This document shows, piece after piece, positions 50,432-64,000 of a stretch of 64,000 nucleotides of DNA; position 1 is the first letter of the stretch; each line of letters opens with the position of its first letter. The notes below the pieces were generated by a model, which saw only the letters and a program-made list of their open reading frames with translations, was not told the origin of the DNA and searched no databases. This DNA is from Torpedo marmorata (lineage: Eukaryota). A program made the position numbers and the translations under genes. The stretch spans positions 16,864,001-16,928,000 of the forward strand of contig OZ360227.1 of NCBI GenBank assembly GCA_977017645.1. The letters are read 5' to 3'.

Positions 50432-51000
50432 AACATAAGAAATAGGAGCAGGAGTAGGCCACCTGGCCTGTCAAGCCTGCTCTGTCATTCAATTAGATCA
50501 TAGGTGATCTGATGATAGGCTCATCTCTACCTACCTGTCTTTTCCTCATATCCCTTAATTCCCCAACTTTGTAAAAATCTATCCAACCTTGTCTTAAATA
50601 TATTTATTGAGGTAGCCCCCACACTGCTTCAATGGGTAATGAATTCCAAATTCACCACTCTCTGGGAAAAGCAGTTCCTCCTCATCTCTGTCCTAAATCT
50701 ACTACCCTGAATCTTGAGGCTATGTCTCCTAGTTCAAGTCTCCCCCACCAATGCAAACAACTTACCTACATCTATCTTATCTATGCCTTTAATAATTTTA
50801 TATGTTTCTAAGATCCCCTCTCATTCTTCTAAATTCCAGCGAGTACAGTCCCAGACGACTTAATCTCTCCTCATCGGCTAACTCCCTCATCTCTGGAATC
50901 AACTTGGGGAACCTCCTCTGCACCGCCTCCAAAGCCAGTACATCCTTCCTCTCGTAAGGAGACCAGAACTGCACGCAGTACTCCAGATGTGGCCTCACAG
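50432..51000 (-). mobile_element. CR1 3' fragment (AGAP1 last intron)
   Basis: [24 protein letters not shown]; same subfamily as 22048-22592. Confidence 0.88.
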
Positions 51001-51049
51001 TACCTAGTCCACCATTCAACTAAATCACGGTTGATTGGGATTAAAAAAA

Positions 51050-51670
51050 TAAAACAGCTGGAGGAACTCAGCGTGACAGTAGCATCAGTGGGAGAAAAAG
51101 AATGGTTGATGTTTTGGGTCGGAACCCTTCGTCAACGGAGAGGCAAGATATAGGTGGTGGTTAGCACAACGCTATGGGCGAGCGGCACGGTTTGCATAGC
51201 AGTTAACACAAGACTATTTCAGTGCCACTCAGTTTCAAATCTGGCACTGTCTGTAAGGAGTTTGTACATTCTGCCTGTGTGGGTTTCCTCTGGGTGCTCC
51301 GGTTTCCTCCCACCCTGCAAAAACGTACGGGGTCCGTAGGTTAATTGGTCACATGCGTGTATTTGGGTGGCACAGGCTCATGGGCTGGAAGGGCCTGTTA
51401 CCATGCTGTATCTCAGAATTAAATATAAAAAATAAATTAATAAAAGAAAGCATATTCCTCTCCCTCATCTTTGTCTGGTACCTGTCCATCATTCTTCTCC
51501 CCGTCCTGGTTCACCAATGCTCCATTGGCCCCTGTCCAGCCCCTCCCACCCTGTCCTCATTATACAGGCCATTGCTCCTCTTAACGAAAGGTTCCGACCC
51601 AAAACGTCGACCATTCTTTTTCTCCCACCGATGCTGCTCAACCCGCTGAGTTGCTCCAGCAGATTGTTTT
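51050..51670. mobile_element. Inverted pair of Penelope-like tails enclosing a V-SINE (51178-51420, +)
   Basis: About 51057-51135 is the reverse complement of about 51581-51662; a V-SINE lies between them. Confidence 0.7.
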
Positions 51671-51864
51671 CTGCCCCATGTTCCTGATGTTTTCTTGTTC
51701 TCTTTTTATTCTGAACCAAATTCTATTGCAGTTGTTGCTTCCCAAATGTTTCCTGACATTCTGCTATGTTATGACTAATGAACCAGGTCAAATTGTATCT
51801 TATTGGGAGTAAAGCAGAAAACTGACCAAGAGGATAGGATGGAACACATTGGAAAAACACCTCA

Positions 51865-54430
51865 ATAGACAATAGACAATAGGAGCTGGAGTAGGCCCTT
51901 CGGCCCGTCGAGCCAGCACCGCCATTTTACAGATCATGGCTGATCACTATTATCAGTACCCCTTTCCAGCCTTATCCCCATAACCCTTAACTCCTCTGCC
52001 CACTAGAGTCTTATCTAACTCTCTTTTGAACATAATCAGCGAATCTGCCTCTACCACCCTCTGTGGCAGAGCATTCCACAGATTCACACTTCTCTGGGTA
52101 AAAAATGTTTTCCTCATCTCCGTCCTAAAGGGCCTTCCCTGTATTCTTAAACTATGCCCTCTAGTCCTCGTCTCTCCCATCATTGGGAACAAGTAATCTG
52201 ACTTCACCCTGTCTATCCCCTTGATAATTTTGTATACCTCAATCATGTCCCCCCTCATCCTTCTAAACTCCATCGGATATAAGTCCAATTTTTCTAACCT
52301 TTCAGCATATGTCAACCCTGCCATCCCTGGAACTAACCTTGTAAATCTGCGCTGCACACCCTCTATAGCTAGTATGTCCTTCCTCAAATTTGGAGACCAG
52401 AACTGGACACAATACTCCAGGTGGGGTCTCACCAGGGCCCTGTACAACTGCAGAAGGGCGTCTCTGCTCCTATACTCCAATCCCCTCTTTATGAAAGCCA
52501 ACATGCCATTTGTCTTCTTCACAGCTTTCTGAACCTGCATGTTAGCCTTCAGTGACCGGTGAACAAGTACACCCAGATCCATTTGCACTTCCCCACTCCC
52601 TAGCTTGTCTCCATTTAAATAATACACAGCTTTCCTATTACTGCCCCCAAAATGGATAACCTCACATTTGCTCACATTGAACTTCATCTTCCATTCTTCA
52701 GCCCACTCCCCCAACCTGTCCAAGTCCCTCTGCATTTTCCTGACATCCTCTTCACACTTTACACCGCCACCCAGTTTAGTGTCATCTGCAAATTTGCTCA
52801 TGTTATTAATAATCCCATCATCCAAATCATTTACATAAATGACAAACAACTGAGGACCCAACACCGATCCCTGCGGCACTCCACTCGTCACATCCTGCTA
52901 TCCTGAAAAAGACCCGCTTACCCCAACCCTTTGTTTCCTATTTCTTAACCAATTTCCTATCCATGTCAGCACCTTACCTTCAATACCATGCTCCCTGATC
53001 TTGCCCACTAGTCTCCCGTGCGGGACCTTATCAAAGGCCTTCTGGAAGTCCAAATACACCACATCCACTGGCTCTCCCAAGTCCACCCTCTTTGTCACAT
53101 CTTCGAAAAATTCCAGAAGGTTAGTCAAGCATGACTTACCCTTAAGGAATCCATGCTGACTAGCCCTTATACTATTATTTCTGCCTAAGTGTTCTGCTAT
53201 TACTCCTTTTATGATAAATTCCAATATCTTCCCCACCACTGACGTCAGGCTGACCGGTCTATAATTTCCCGTTTTCTCCCTCCCTCCCTTCTTAAAAAGC
53301 GGCACCACATCAGCCACTCTCCAATCCACAGGGACCTCCCCCGAATCTATGGAACTTTGGAAAATGTCGACCAGTGCCACCACAATTTCCAGAGCAACCT
53401 CTTTAAGCACCCTGGGATGCAGCCCATCAGGCCCTGGGGATTTATCAGCCCCAACAATTTACTCACAACCTCCTGCTTCTGGATCCGGATATCCATCAGA
53501 TTCCCTACTTCCCCAGGAAAGTTCCCCAAGTCTCTTGATACTGCATGACCACTACCCCCTAACTGACCATAACCTATATCCTCCTTGGTGAAGACAGATG
53601 CAAAGTATTTGTTAAATTCCTCAGCCATTTCCTTGTTTCCAGTAATAATTCCACCCTTTTCCATTCTTAATGGACCAATTTTAGACCGAACCAATTTCTT
53701 CCTTTTCACATATTTAAAAATGCTTTTGCTATCCTCTATTATATTACTTGCTAATTTCCTCTCGTACTTCATTTTCCCCTCTCGTATGACTTTCTGAGTT
53801 ACCCTCTGATGTTCTTTGAAGGTTTCCCAATCCTCTAACTTCCCACTCTGCTTCGCTATCTTATACTTACTCCCTTTGGACTTGATATTGCACTTGATTT
53901 CATTAGTTAGCCATGGCTTCCATTTGCATCTCCTTGAGCCTTTCCTCCACTTTGGAATGAATTTGTCCTGAATCCTGTGAAAAATGTCCAAAAATACCTG
54001 CCATTTTTCCCGTTGTCCTCCCAGCTAGTGTATCTTTCCATTTTATTTTGGTTAGCTCCTCCCTCATAGCTGCATAATCCCCTTTATTTAACTGCAGTAT
54101 AGATGCTTCCGACTTCCTTTCTTTTTCCCTTTCCATTTGCAGATCAAAAGTAACCATACCATGGTCACTATTCCCTAATGGCACCCCTACTTCGAGGTCA
54201 CTTATTAACTCTGCGTCGCTGCACAGCACCAAGTCCAGAATCGACTTCCCCCTGGTACGTTCCTCCAAGAATGTGTCTCGTAGACATTCTATAAACTCAC
54301 TCTCTTGTTTTCCTGCCCCCGTCTGATTTTCCCAGTCCACCTTCATGTTGAAGTCCCCCATAACTACCGTATTGCTACCACTTTGACATGCCACTCTTAA
54401 TTCCTGATTTATACTACTTCCTATATCATC
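51865..54430 (-). mobile_element. CR1-clade LINE, about 2.6 kb, frameshifted ORF2 (partial AP endonuclease and RT)
   Basis: VVMGDFN..LDLVL..SDH (endonuclease); NYRPVSLTS, YLDFQKAFDKVPH, GVPQGSVLGP, KFADDTKL (RT); (ctattgt)n tail. Confidence 0.93.
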
Positions 54431-54549
54431 ACACGTGTTCTCAGTGTGACCAGGTTATGTGGACTTTTAAAATCTTACATGCAATGTTGGGAATTCTGCC
54501 CAGCAGTTAAGTTCATTGTCACATGTACCGAGGCACAGCGAGAAAGCTT

Positions 54550-54582
<33 letters not shown>

Positions 54583-54683
54583 AGGTGTTTAGCTCATCCA
54601 CACATACATAGCACAGCAAGTCATGATGTTTAAATTTCTTTCTTTGTTTACATTTCTCTCTTTGTATATGTATCTTTTTTCTT

Positions 54684-55853
54684 TTAAAAAAAAAATATTT
54701 TATTTAAATTTTCAAATCACAAAATACATAAAATAAAATGCATATATTTGAAAATACATGTGATATACATTTTCTCCCCCCCTTCCCACCCTCCCCTCCC
54801 TAACCCCTATATCCCTACTACTCTAAAAAAAAAAAAAAAAAAAAAATAGTAAAAGAGAAAAAGAAAAAGAGAAAAAGAAAAAAGAAAGATAGAAAAATAG
54901 AGTGAGGAGAAAACAAGCTTCAAACTAATTCTACCATAGAGGTTATTTTCGCCAGTGGATCCGATATCCAGAGAGTTTAAATTGTTAAACCCATAATTCT
55001 CATATATGGGCCCCAAATTTTCAAGAAAAAATGATATTTGTTACGCAAATTATAGGTAATTTTTTCTAATGGTATACATGAACGTAATTCTGCATGCCAT
55101 CTTTCTAAATTTAAATCTACATCTGACTTCCAAGTAATAGCTATACACTTTTTCGAAACTGCTAATACTATACGTAGAAATTCTACTTGGTACATATTTA
55201 ATCTATTTCTAATACTAAATTTTCTAATATCTCCAAATAAAAATAACATAGGATCCATCATAAACACAACATTAAAAATTCTCTCTAAAAATTTCTTAAC
55301 TTTCAACCAAAAGTCTTGAATTTTTGAACATAACCATGTACAGTGAACAAAAGAGCCTATTTCACTCTTACATCTAAAACACATATCGGATAATGCTGGA
55401 TTAAATTTCTTCAATTTTTTAGGTGTTAAATATAATTGATGAAAGAAATTACCGGTATATTGTACTAGTCTATATCTAACATTAATAACTTTAGTCATAC
55501 TTAATTTACATAAATCTTTCCAATGATTTTCATCTATATTAACATTTAAGTCTAGTTCCCATTTTAATCTAGATTTATGTAACCCTACTTTAGACATCTT
55601 TCTCTGAAATAATTTATACATTTGTGATATAAACTTATTAATATTAACTTTAGTAATTAACAGTTCCAATTCATTTTGTCTTGGTGCTACTAATTCATTC
55701 CCTAATATCTCAGTCAAAAAGGCTTTAACTTGAAAATAAACTAACATTGTATTATCTAGTATATTAAATTTTTCTTTTAACCTTTGAAAAGTAACAAATC
55801 TACCAGCTTCAAAACAATCTTTCAAGGTCTTAATTCCCTTTTGAAACCATAAT
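54684..55853 (-). mobile_element. 5'-truncated L1/Tx1-clade LINE with TSD, inserted in a LINE 3' tail
   Basis: ORF 54977-55825 has the Cys-rich C-terminus (CFRC..GSFVHCTWLC) and KKCIAITWKSD..CIPLEKITY. TSD tatgtatcttttttctt at 54667-54683 and 55854-55871 (one T indel). Confidence 0.85.
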
Positions 55854-56349
55854 TATGTATCTTTTTTTCTTGAGTATAGTTTACAGTTACTGATAAGTAG
55901 AAATTCTGCCTGGCCCGCAGGAAAAAGAATCTCAGGGTTGTATGTGATGTCATTTATGTACTCTGACAATCAATCTGAACTTTGAAGTTATGAAGCACAG
56001 GACTGAATGGCTCAAATGTGTCAAGGAATATTGTGAGAGGGCAGGGTTTTGATTCACGGGCCACTGGCACTAGTACAGGATGGGGATTTTCAATGAAACG
56101 TGGCCATGATTGGTTTTGTGGTGAACTTGTAACCAGCAATGGAAGCAGGGTTTTAAGGTAATGTGGGGCAAGGAAGGAGTTGGTAGCATTTGTGAAGGAG
56201 AGGTTAAGGTCAAATAGCAAAATAGGAATCTGTTGCAATGAATAAAATAAGGTGGAGGGTGGGGCAGAACGTTTACAGAAAAGGGGACCAAAAAACACTG
56301 GTGAAGGTGGGTAACAGTCCTCACTGTATCCAACCGCATCAATCAGGGA

Positions 56350-59300
56350 ATATATAGCGATCGGCAACTCTATAATTATGGGGGATTGTAATCCTCATAG
56401 AAGCCAGGCAAATCAAATTGGCGGAAAGTGCTTGGAGGATAGCTTTCTGGAGCAATAGACTTGGGAAGCAGGCTACTTTTCACCTTTGTGTAATGAGACA
56501 GGGTTAATTGTTAATCCCACAGTATCAAATCCTCTACAGACAGTGGTCACATTCTGATCGGGCTCCGTTCACAGTTTTACAGACACTGAACATTGAGATA
56601 TTAGGGTTTTTAACTTAAAGTAGGCCAATTATACAGGTATGAGGAGACCATTGGATACAGTAGATTGGGGCATTAGATTAAAGTGCTTCCTGATCCTTAA
56701 CTGATGGCAAACATTTAAAGAAATATTTCAAATTTCTCAATCTATGTACATTTCATTGAGGAATATAAAGTCCACAAATGATCCATCTGTGGCTAATTAA
56801 GGTTTGTAATGACAGTGGATTAAAAGAAGTTTATAATGTTGTCAAGAAAAATAGGAGCCTGAGGCTCTGGTGAGTCTTAGGATGCAGAACAAATGACCAA
56901 AATCGAGAGGGGGAAGATAAATTGGCCAGAAAATTAAAAAATAAATATAGAAAGAATAAAACATAGGTCTCATGGAGGCAACAGGAACTGGCTGATGCCT
57001 TAAACCAATATTTTGTTTCTACCTTCAGCAAGAAGATGCAATAAATACAGCAAAAACGTGTCAAATGACAAGGAACTAAAAAAAATTAACATAATGGCAA
57101 AATTACAAGAGAATTTAAAGCCAGACAAAACACTTGGAACTGACAGCGTGCAGTTCAGAGTTCCAAAGGTTATGCTGCTAGAGACAGGAGGAGCAATGCC
57201 GATGATCTTTCATCATTTCCACAACGATTCCGGCAGACCTTACAGGTTCGAACGGGACGGTTTGTGGAGGGAATAAAATAAAGAACCACTGACTAGTTAG
57301 CCTGACATTTCTTGTTGCCAAAATGTCAACATTAAAGGCATTGCAACAAGGCACAGAACATTATTTGGGAAAGTCAGCCTGGTTTATGAATGAAAAATCA
57401 TGTTTGACAGCCTCAGAGGATTTGAGAATGCAACTAGGAGAGTAGATAAGGGAGGGAGGGTAGATAAGGGAGAACTGGAAGATGTGGCATAGCTGGATTT
57501 CCAAAAGGCATATTTTAAGGTGCCATTTTAAAGGTTGTTTCACAAAATAAGAGCTCAGAGTGTTGGGGGTGGGGGGGGGGGGGAATATTAGCATGAATTT
57601 TCTTCCAACGCTTCGCCTGTGGATTGAGGAAGATTTATTTGCACTCCGGTTCTTTGTAGGTGGCTGATGAGGCCAGGGTAGGATCTGCAGATTCGTTCAC
57701 AAATGAGGCAGGGGGCCACAGGACTGGTGAGCATGTGGCGGTGCGCTCTTACTGTCCCTCCTGCAGGGCTCCTTTGTGCTCCCAATGCACAGCCTCCGCA
57801 TTCTCAATCCCATCTCCAATACTCCTCCACTTCAATGGTCATGGGTTAGACCACACTTGGAATATTGTTCAATTCTTGTCGCCTCATTACAGGAAGGATG
57901 TGGCAGCTATGGAGAGGGTGCAGAGGAGATTTACCAGGATGCCTGGATTGGAGAACGTGTCTTATGAGGCAAAATTAACAAAGCTAGGGCTTTTCTCCTT
58001 GGAGCGAAGAAGGATGAAAGGTAACTTGATAGAGGTCTATAAGATTATGAGAGGCATAGATAGGGTGGACATCCAGCACCCTTTTCCCAGGGTGAGACTA
58101 GCAAACACCAGAGGACATCTGTACAAGGTGAGGGGAGGAATGTTCAGGGGAGACGTCAGGGGTAAGTCTTTTTTTTTTTTTTAATAAACACAGAGATTAG
58201 TAGATGCCTGGAAATGCATTGCCAGGGGTGGAGGGGGAGGCTGGTACAATAGGAACGTGGATGTAAGAAAAATTGAAGGTTAAGGGTGTGAGGAAGGTTT
58301 TGTTTGAGTAGGTTTGTATAGGTTGGCACAACATCGTGGGCTGAAGAGCCTGTACTGTGCAGTCATGTTCTTTTTTTTAAAAAAATGAAATTTTTTTTTT
58401 TTTTTTAAGACATACAGCATGGTAAGATGCCCTTCCGGTCTGATCAGCCCAAATACCCCAATTAACCTACAACTCCTGTACATTTGGAAGGGTGGAGGAA
58501 ACCGGAGCACCCAGAGGAAACCCACGCAGATACGGGGAGAACGTACGCTAACCATGTTTTATGTTCTCAGAACTGAGAGGTCAGATACTGAAAGGCTGTC
58601 TCGATGTCTGGAAGGTCCAGGAATAGGAAACATATGGATTAAAGGGTTGCAATTTCAGATCGACTTGGAAGAAATTTTCACATTAATGATTGTAAACGTT
58701 TGGGTCGTCAAAGAACAGTGGATGCACAGTCATTGAGTATATTCAAGGCTGAGAATGATAGATGTTGGATTTTGAGGGAATGGTTACAAAATACTAGCAG
58801 GCAGGTCCAACACATAATTAAAACGGCAAATGCCATTCAGGTCTTAATTGCAAAGGGGCTGGAAGTTAAGAATAGGGAGGTTTTGTTGCAGCTGTACAAA
58901 GTGTGGGCAAGGCCACACCTGAAGGATTGCACATATTTTTTGGTCTGCTTACCTTGAAAAGGAGAGAACAACTTTGGAGGTAGGCCAAAGGAGATTCACC
59001 AGGCTAAGTCTTGGGATGAGAGGATTGTCTTATTAAGAGAGATTGGACAGGTTGGGTCTGCATTCTATGGAGTTTAGAAGAATGAGGGGTGACCTATTGA
59101 GACATACAAGATCCCAAGGGGACATGACAGGCTAGATGTTGAGATGTTTTCACTAGTGGGAGAGCCTTGAACAAGGCAAGATAGAGGTCAACCACTTAAA
59201 ATGGAGATGCATAGAAATTTCTTCTTGCACAGGGCAGTGAAACCCTGGAATTCTCACCGCAGAGTTGGAGGTTCCTACATGTTTAAAAGTTCAAGGGATT

Positions 59301-59400
59301 GAGGGTTATGAGGATCTGGTACAGAACATGAGGTGAGGCCATGATCATGTTGAATGGTGGGATAGGCTTGAGGGGCCAAATGGCTTCTCTTGGTCCTATT
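56350..59400 (+). mobile_element. Highly degenerate CR1 interleaved with a younger CR1 fragment (about 57830-58370) and a V-SINE (about 58405-58555, -)
   Basis: Scattered CR1 motifs (GKSCLT-like, LDFQKA, LLQLYK..RPHL, RVQRRFTRM). Boundaries approximate. Confidence 0.65.
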
Positions 59401-59596
59401 GTGGGCTTGTGAACTCTGCTGACATGGAGTGGAGATGAGGCTAAAGGTCAGCTCTATTCTCTATGAATGGCAAGGTGGGCTTGGAGGAGAGCAGGGAGAG
59501 AGGGGGACTGCCATATAGTCTCCGTCTGGTTGTATTCATGCTCCAGAATCATCTAACGATACATGGAAACTATGGAGGCATTGGTATCAACGCAAG

Positions 59597-60300
59597 GTAC
59601 TTGTACACCGGTCAGTGAAGGCTAACATGCAGGTTCAGAAAGCTTTGAAGAAGGCAAATGGCATGTTGGCTTTCATAAAGAGGGGATTGGAGTATAGGAG
59701 CAGAGTCGCCCTTCTGCAGTTGTACAGGGCCCTGGTGAGACCTCACCTGGAGTATTGCGTCCAGTTCTGGTCCCCAAATTTGAGGAAGGACATACTAGCT
59801 ATAGAGGGTGTGCAGCGCAGATTTACAAGGTTAGTTCCAGGGATGGCAGGATTGACATATGCTGAAAGGTTAGAAAAACTGGACTTATATCCGATGGAGT
59901 TTAGAAGGATGAGGGGGGACATGATTGAGGTATACAAGATTATCAAGGGGATAGACAGGGTGAAGTCGGATTACTTGTTCCCAATGATGGGAGAGACGAG
60001 GACTAGAGGGCATAGTTTAAGAATACAGGGAAGGCCCTTTAGGACGGAGATGAGGAAAAATATTTTTCCCCAGAGAAGTGTGAATCTGTGGAATGCTCTG
60101 CCACAGAGGGTGGTAGAGGCAGATTCGCTGATTATGTTCAAAAGAGAGTTAGATAAGACTCTAGTGGGCAGGGGAGTTAAGGGTTATGGGGATAAGGCTG
60201 GTAAGGGGTACTGATAGTAGTGATCAGCCATGATCTGTAAAATGGCGGTGCTGGCTCGACAGGCCGAAGGGCCTACTCCAGCTCCTATTGTCTATTCTAT
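59597..60300 (+). mobile_element. CR1 3' fragment, near-identical to 51870-52570 but inverted
   Basis: ORF 59615-60214 is almost identical in protein to the C-terminal 200 aa of ORF 51953-52891; same 3' tail. Confidence 0.93.
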
Positions 60301-62801
60301 TCCTGGTGGCTCCAAACTCCAGCTACACCGAGAATGGCGAAATCTAGTCGCATGCAACGCATGAAGCATCATCCTTCCTCTCTGAACATTGGTTGCCCAC
60401 ACTCATGGGCCACCTATCAGCCACGACAATGCAACCTGCCTGTCAAACAGCCCTGTTTCCCAACTCCAATATCTTCAGAATTAATAATACACATTCAATG
60501 GAATTTTTTTTCATGCGCTTGTAATCTTTCTCTCAACCTTCTAACGGTGACTTTCTGGAGGTTAATCTTTGGTTTCTTGCAGCTGTTACCCAGAATTAGA
60601 TGGATAACTGGTCTATTAGGGAAGCCCTTCAGTTGATGAGTACATGGCTTCTTCCTGATCAGAGTCAGATTTTGAGAGGAAAGGGCAGGAGATGTGGAGG
60701 CCTGGCTGGTTTTGGAGATGGGGCTGAATGACAGGGTGAATCCACCTGTCGGAAACCCATAACAGTACAATAAGTTCCACAATCTTTCCGATACTCTGCT
60801 GTTTGTACCTTGCACTAATGTGGTATTGAGCAAACAAGTCTCAGGCCCAAGAGTCCGCGAGTTAACGAGGTAACAACAGGTTTAAAATTCTCAGTGAAAT
60901 GGCTCATTTAAAATTCAGAACTTTCTTCCTCCCTATATCTTGCATCTCTTCCATTCCAACAGGCCTCCAAGATCTTTGTGTCAGTTTGATGTTCATTTTT
61001 GTTTTGACCCATACTGGGTCCCTTCCACATGCCTCCCCACTGCTGGGCGCCTCAGTGGCACAGATGGAAGAGCTACTACCTCACTCAGGTAACCGGGTTC
61101 GATCCTGAATTCTGGCATTCTCCCTACGATTGCGTGGGTTCCCCACCCACCCACCCCCCCTTGCGTGTGCTCCTGTTTCCTCCCACATCCACAAAGATGT
61201 GCAGATGGGTCGATTAATTGTCCGCTGCAGATTATCCCCCAGCACAGAGAGTGGTGGGTGGATGGAATGCACTGCCGGCAACAGTAGTGGAGACAGGTAC
61301 AATAGGATCTATTAGATAGGTACATGGAACTGAAAAAAATGGAGGGTTATGCAGTAGGGAAAATTCTTGGCTGTTGTTAGAGCAGGTTATTAGGTCGGCA
61401 CAACACTGTGGGCCGAAGGGCCTGTACTGTGCTGTAGATTTCTATGTTCATGTGGTGGAATCAGGAGGTAGTTGATGGGAATATGCGGAGATTAAAAAAT
61501 GGGATTAATGTCGGATTAGTGCAAATGGAAGAGTGATGGATAGAAGCAGAATTTATTGTCATAAACAAGTCACGAAATTCGGTGCCATGGAATTGGAATT
61601 GCATGGAATTGCTGGGCCGAAGGGCCTGTTTCTATGCTGTCTCACTCTATGATTCTCCTTTTAAGATACTCCTGAGTTGTTACTTCCTTGACAAAGGCTT
61701 TGATTGGATATCCTCACACCTCCTTGGGGAGTTCAGTATTTAAAGGGGTGTTAATGTTTGCAACAGAAAGCATGAACATGACTTGATGTTGGAAATCTAA
61801 AATGAAAGCAAAATTCTGGAAACACTCAGCATCTGTGCAGAGAGAAACAGAGTTAACACTTCTGATTGATGGCTTTTCATCAGAAATGTAAATCAGGAAT
61901 ATCTTAAGTTGCAGGGATGCGGTTGGGCTGGAGGAAAGAATGCCTGCGATCGGTTGGAGACTGAATGGCAGAAGGGGACTGTGCCTTAGAGAGGATGGTG
62001 AAGGCTTGTGAACTGTGTGTGGAGGAGCTTGAAGCACAAGGAAATGAATGAATGAATGAGAGAGAACAAGAAAATTATGCTGGAATTGTGCGTGTACATT
62101 GATTGGATATCTGACCACTGTAACTTGTCTCCAATGTGCAGGTGAGTGGTGGAATATGGATAGTGGGAATGTGGGGGGAGAGAAGGTGACAAGGAAAAAT
62201 AGTGGATGAAAAGGTGTGAGCCAGCAGAGGCTCCATGGGCCGTATGTCCGCCATCGGCGTGACAAGGAAAGGTGGAAACACTGTAATGGCCGGAAATCTG
62301 AAGTAAAAGAGAATTCTGGAAATGGCCAGCGGGGGAAGAGAGCAGTGCTTGAAGGCACCAGCTGTGTCAGTAATGCTCACTGTGGGTCAGAAGGTCGAGG
62401 GTTCAAGTACCACTCTGGGACTGAGACATTTGTTGGGTGTACAGTGGCAGTGTTGTAATACCTTCTCAACTTAAGCTTCATGTTTATTGTCAGGTAGATA
62501 CAGGGTATTATTCTGAGGCAATAGGGGAAAAAAGAAGGGGGAAAGGGTTGGAGTTCTCCCAAACACCCTACTCAACTGACATCACCAAAACTAATTCCCC
62601 AGTCACTGCTTAATGGGATCCTACTGTGTACAAATAGCCCACTGCGTTTATGGCACCGAGAAAGGGGCAAGCCGTGAAGTAATAGAAAACAGAAGAATGC
62701 TGGAAACACTCAGCAGGTCAGGCAGCATATGCTGAGAGAGGTTTCAGGTCCGAGGCCCAAGGTAATTGGGAGTTCCTGAGCTTGCTGTCGATCCTACCCT
62801 A

Positions 62802-63140
<339 letters not shown>

Positions 63141-63339
63141 TTATTTACATTAAATTCCAATAATCCGGCACCCGATTATCCAGAAATCCTAATGGTCCAA
63201 AACATTATTTGTCTGGAAGACGCGCTGGGGGTCCAGAGTGCAAGGGGTCTGGAGTTTAGCCAGGAGTAGTCTACAAAAGGTTGGCTGGAGCCAAGATTGG
63301 GATCCGGACTACCAAAGGTCAGAAACACTGGTGAGTTTA

Positions 63340-63880
63340 AAAGAGAGCAAACAATGAACTGCTGGAGGAACTCAGCAGGTCAGTCAACTTTTGTAGGTAG
63401 AAATGGTCAGTCAACATTTCGGGTTGGACCCTTTATTGAGACTAAAGTAAAAACGGGGTGTTGTTACATATATAAGGGAGGGGGGGGGAAGGAGATGGGG
63501 AGGGGCCAAAGGGTGAACAGAAGGTGCGAGAGGTAGGTTGAGGGAAAGACCACTGGGAGGTGGGGCAGGTTGGGGAGTTAGAGAGTAAAATAAGAACAAG
63601 AGCAGGCAAAGAGATGGAAACAGTGGAACCAGATAGAGCTGGGGTTACCTGAAATCAGATGTTCATGTTATTAGGCTTAAGGCTGTCCAGGAGGGATGCG
63701 GTGCATGGTTCCTCAACCATAGATTTGGCCTCACCCTGACAAGGGAGGCTTGATGCCAGACATGTCTGTGTGGGAATGGTTTGGGGGATTGAAATGGTTG
63801 GCTACAGGAAGTTCAAGCTTTGACCCACAAACAGAACACAGGTGTTCGGCAGAGCAGACACTTGTATATCTCCCCATTGC
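63340..63880 (-). mobile_element. Penelope-like element 3' fragment
   Basis: Minus-strand ELPVANHFNPPNHSHTDMS plus the same tail (cctgctgagttcctccagcag). Confidence 0.7.
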
Positions 63881-64000
63881 TTGTCGACTCATGAGATTCA
63901 CTGGGAAATTTATACCACTGTATGACGTGTGAAAAATATGAAATAAAGGTGAGTCTGGGGTTTTAATAGGAATAACATCCAATAGTCACGAAAATTGTAC

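Overview
Vertebrate genomic DNA, most likely from a cartilaginous fish (ray, skate or shark), judged by its repeat landscape of HE1-like V-SINEs, Deu-domain SINEs, CR1, Penelope-like and REX1-like elements. The window covers the conserved ASB18-GBX2-AGAP1 neighbourhood. It contains the last, SOCS-box exon of ASB18 (+, 269-454), the complete two-exon homeobox gene GBX2 (+, 11344-11866 and 12532-13058, 349 aa) and the last two coding exons of AGAP1 (-, 62826-63081 and 50148-50369). GBX2 sits in a transposon-poor domain with several candidate conserved enhancers, while 22-64 kb is dominated by transposable elements. The main structures are: (1) a five-element nested cluster at 28.2-35 kb (REX1-like host, L1-clade LINE with a 16-bp TSD, CR1, near-complete Gypsy element with a -1 frameshift site, and a solo LTR); (2) a composite hAT-type unit of two inverted palindromic MITEs plus captured DNA inside one 8-bp TSD; (3) a 5S-rRNA-derived SINE in the probable AGAP1 3'UTR; (4) Penelope-like inverted repeats with hammerhead-ribozyme-like motifs; (5) two L1-clade insertions sharing the target context CTC|AAGAA. 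There is no evidence for prokaryotic genes or CRISPR. TE family names are from recognition by eye and were not confirmed by database search. There are three N gaps.
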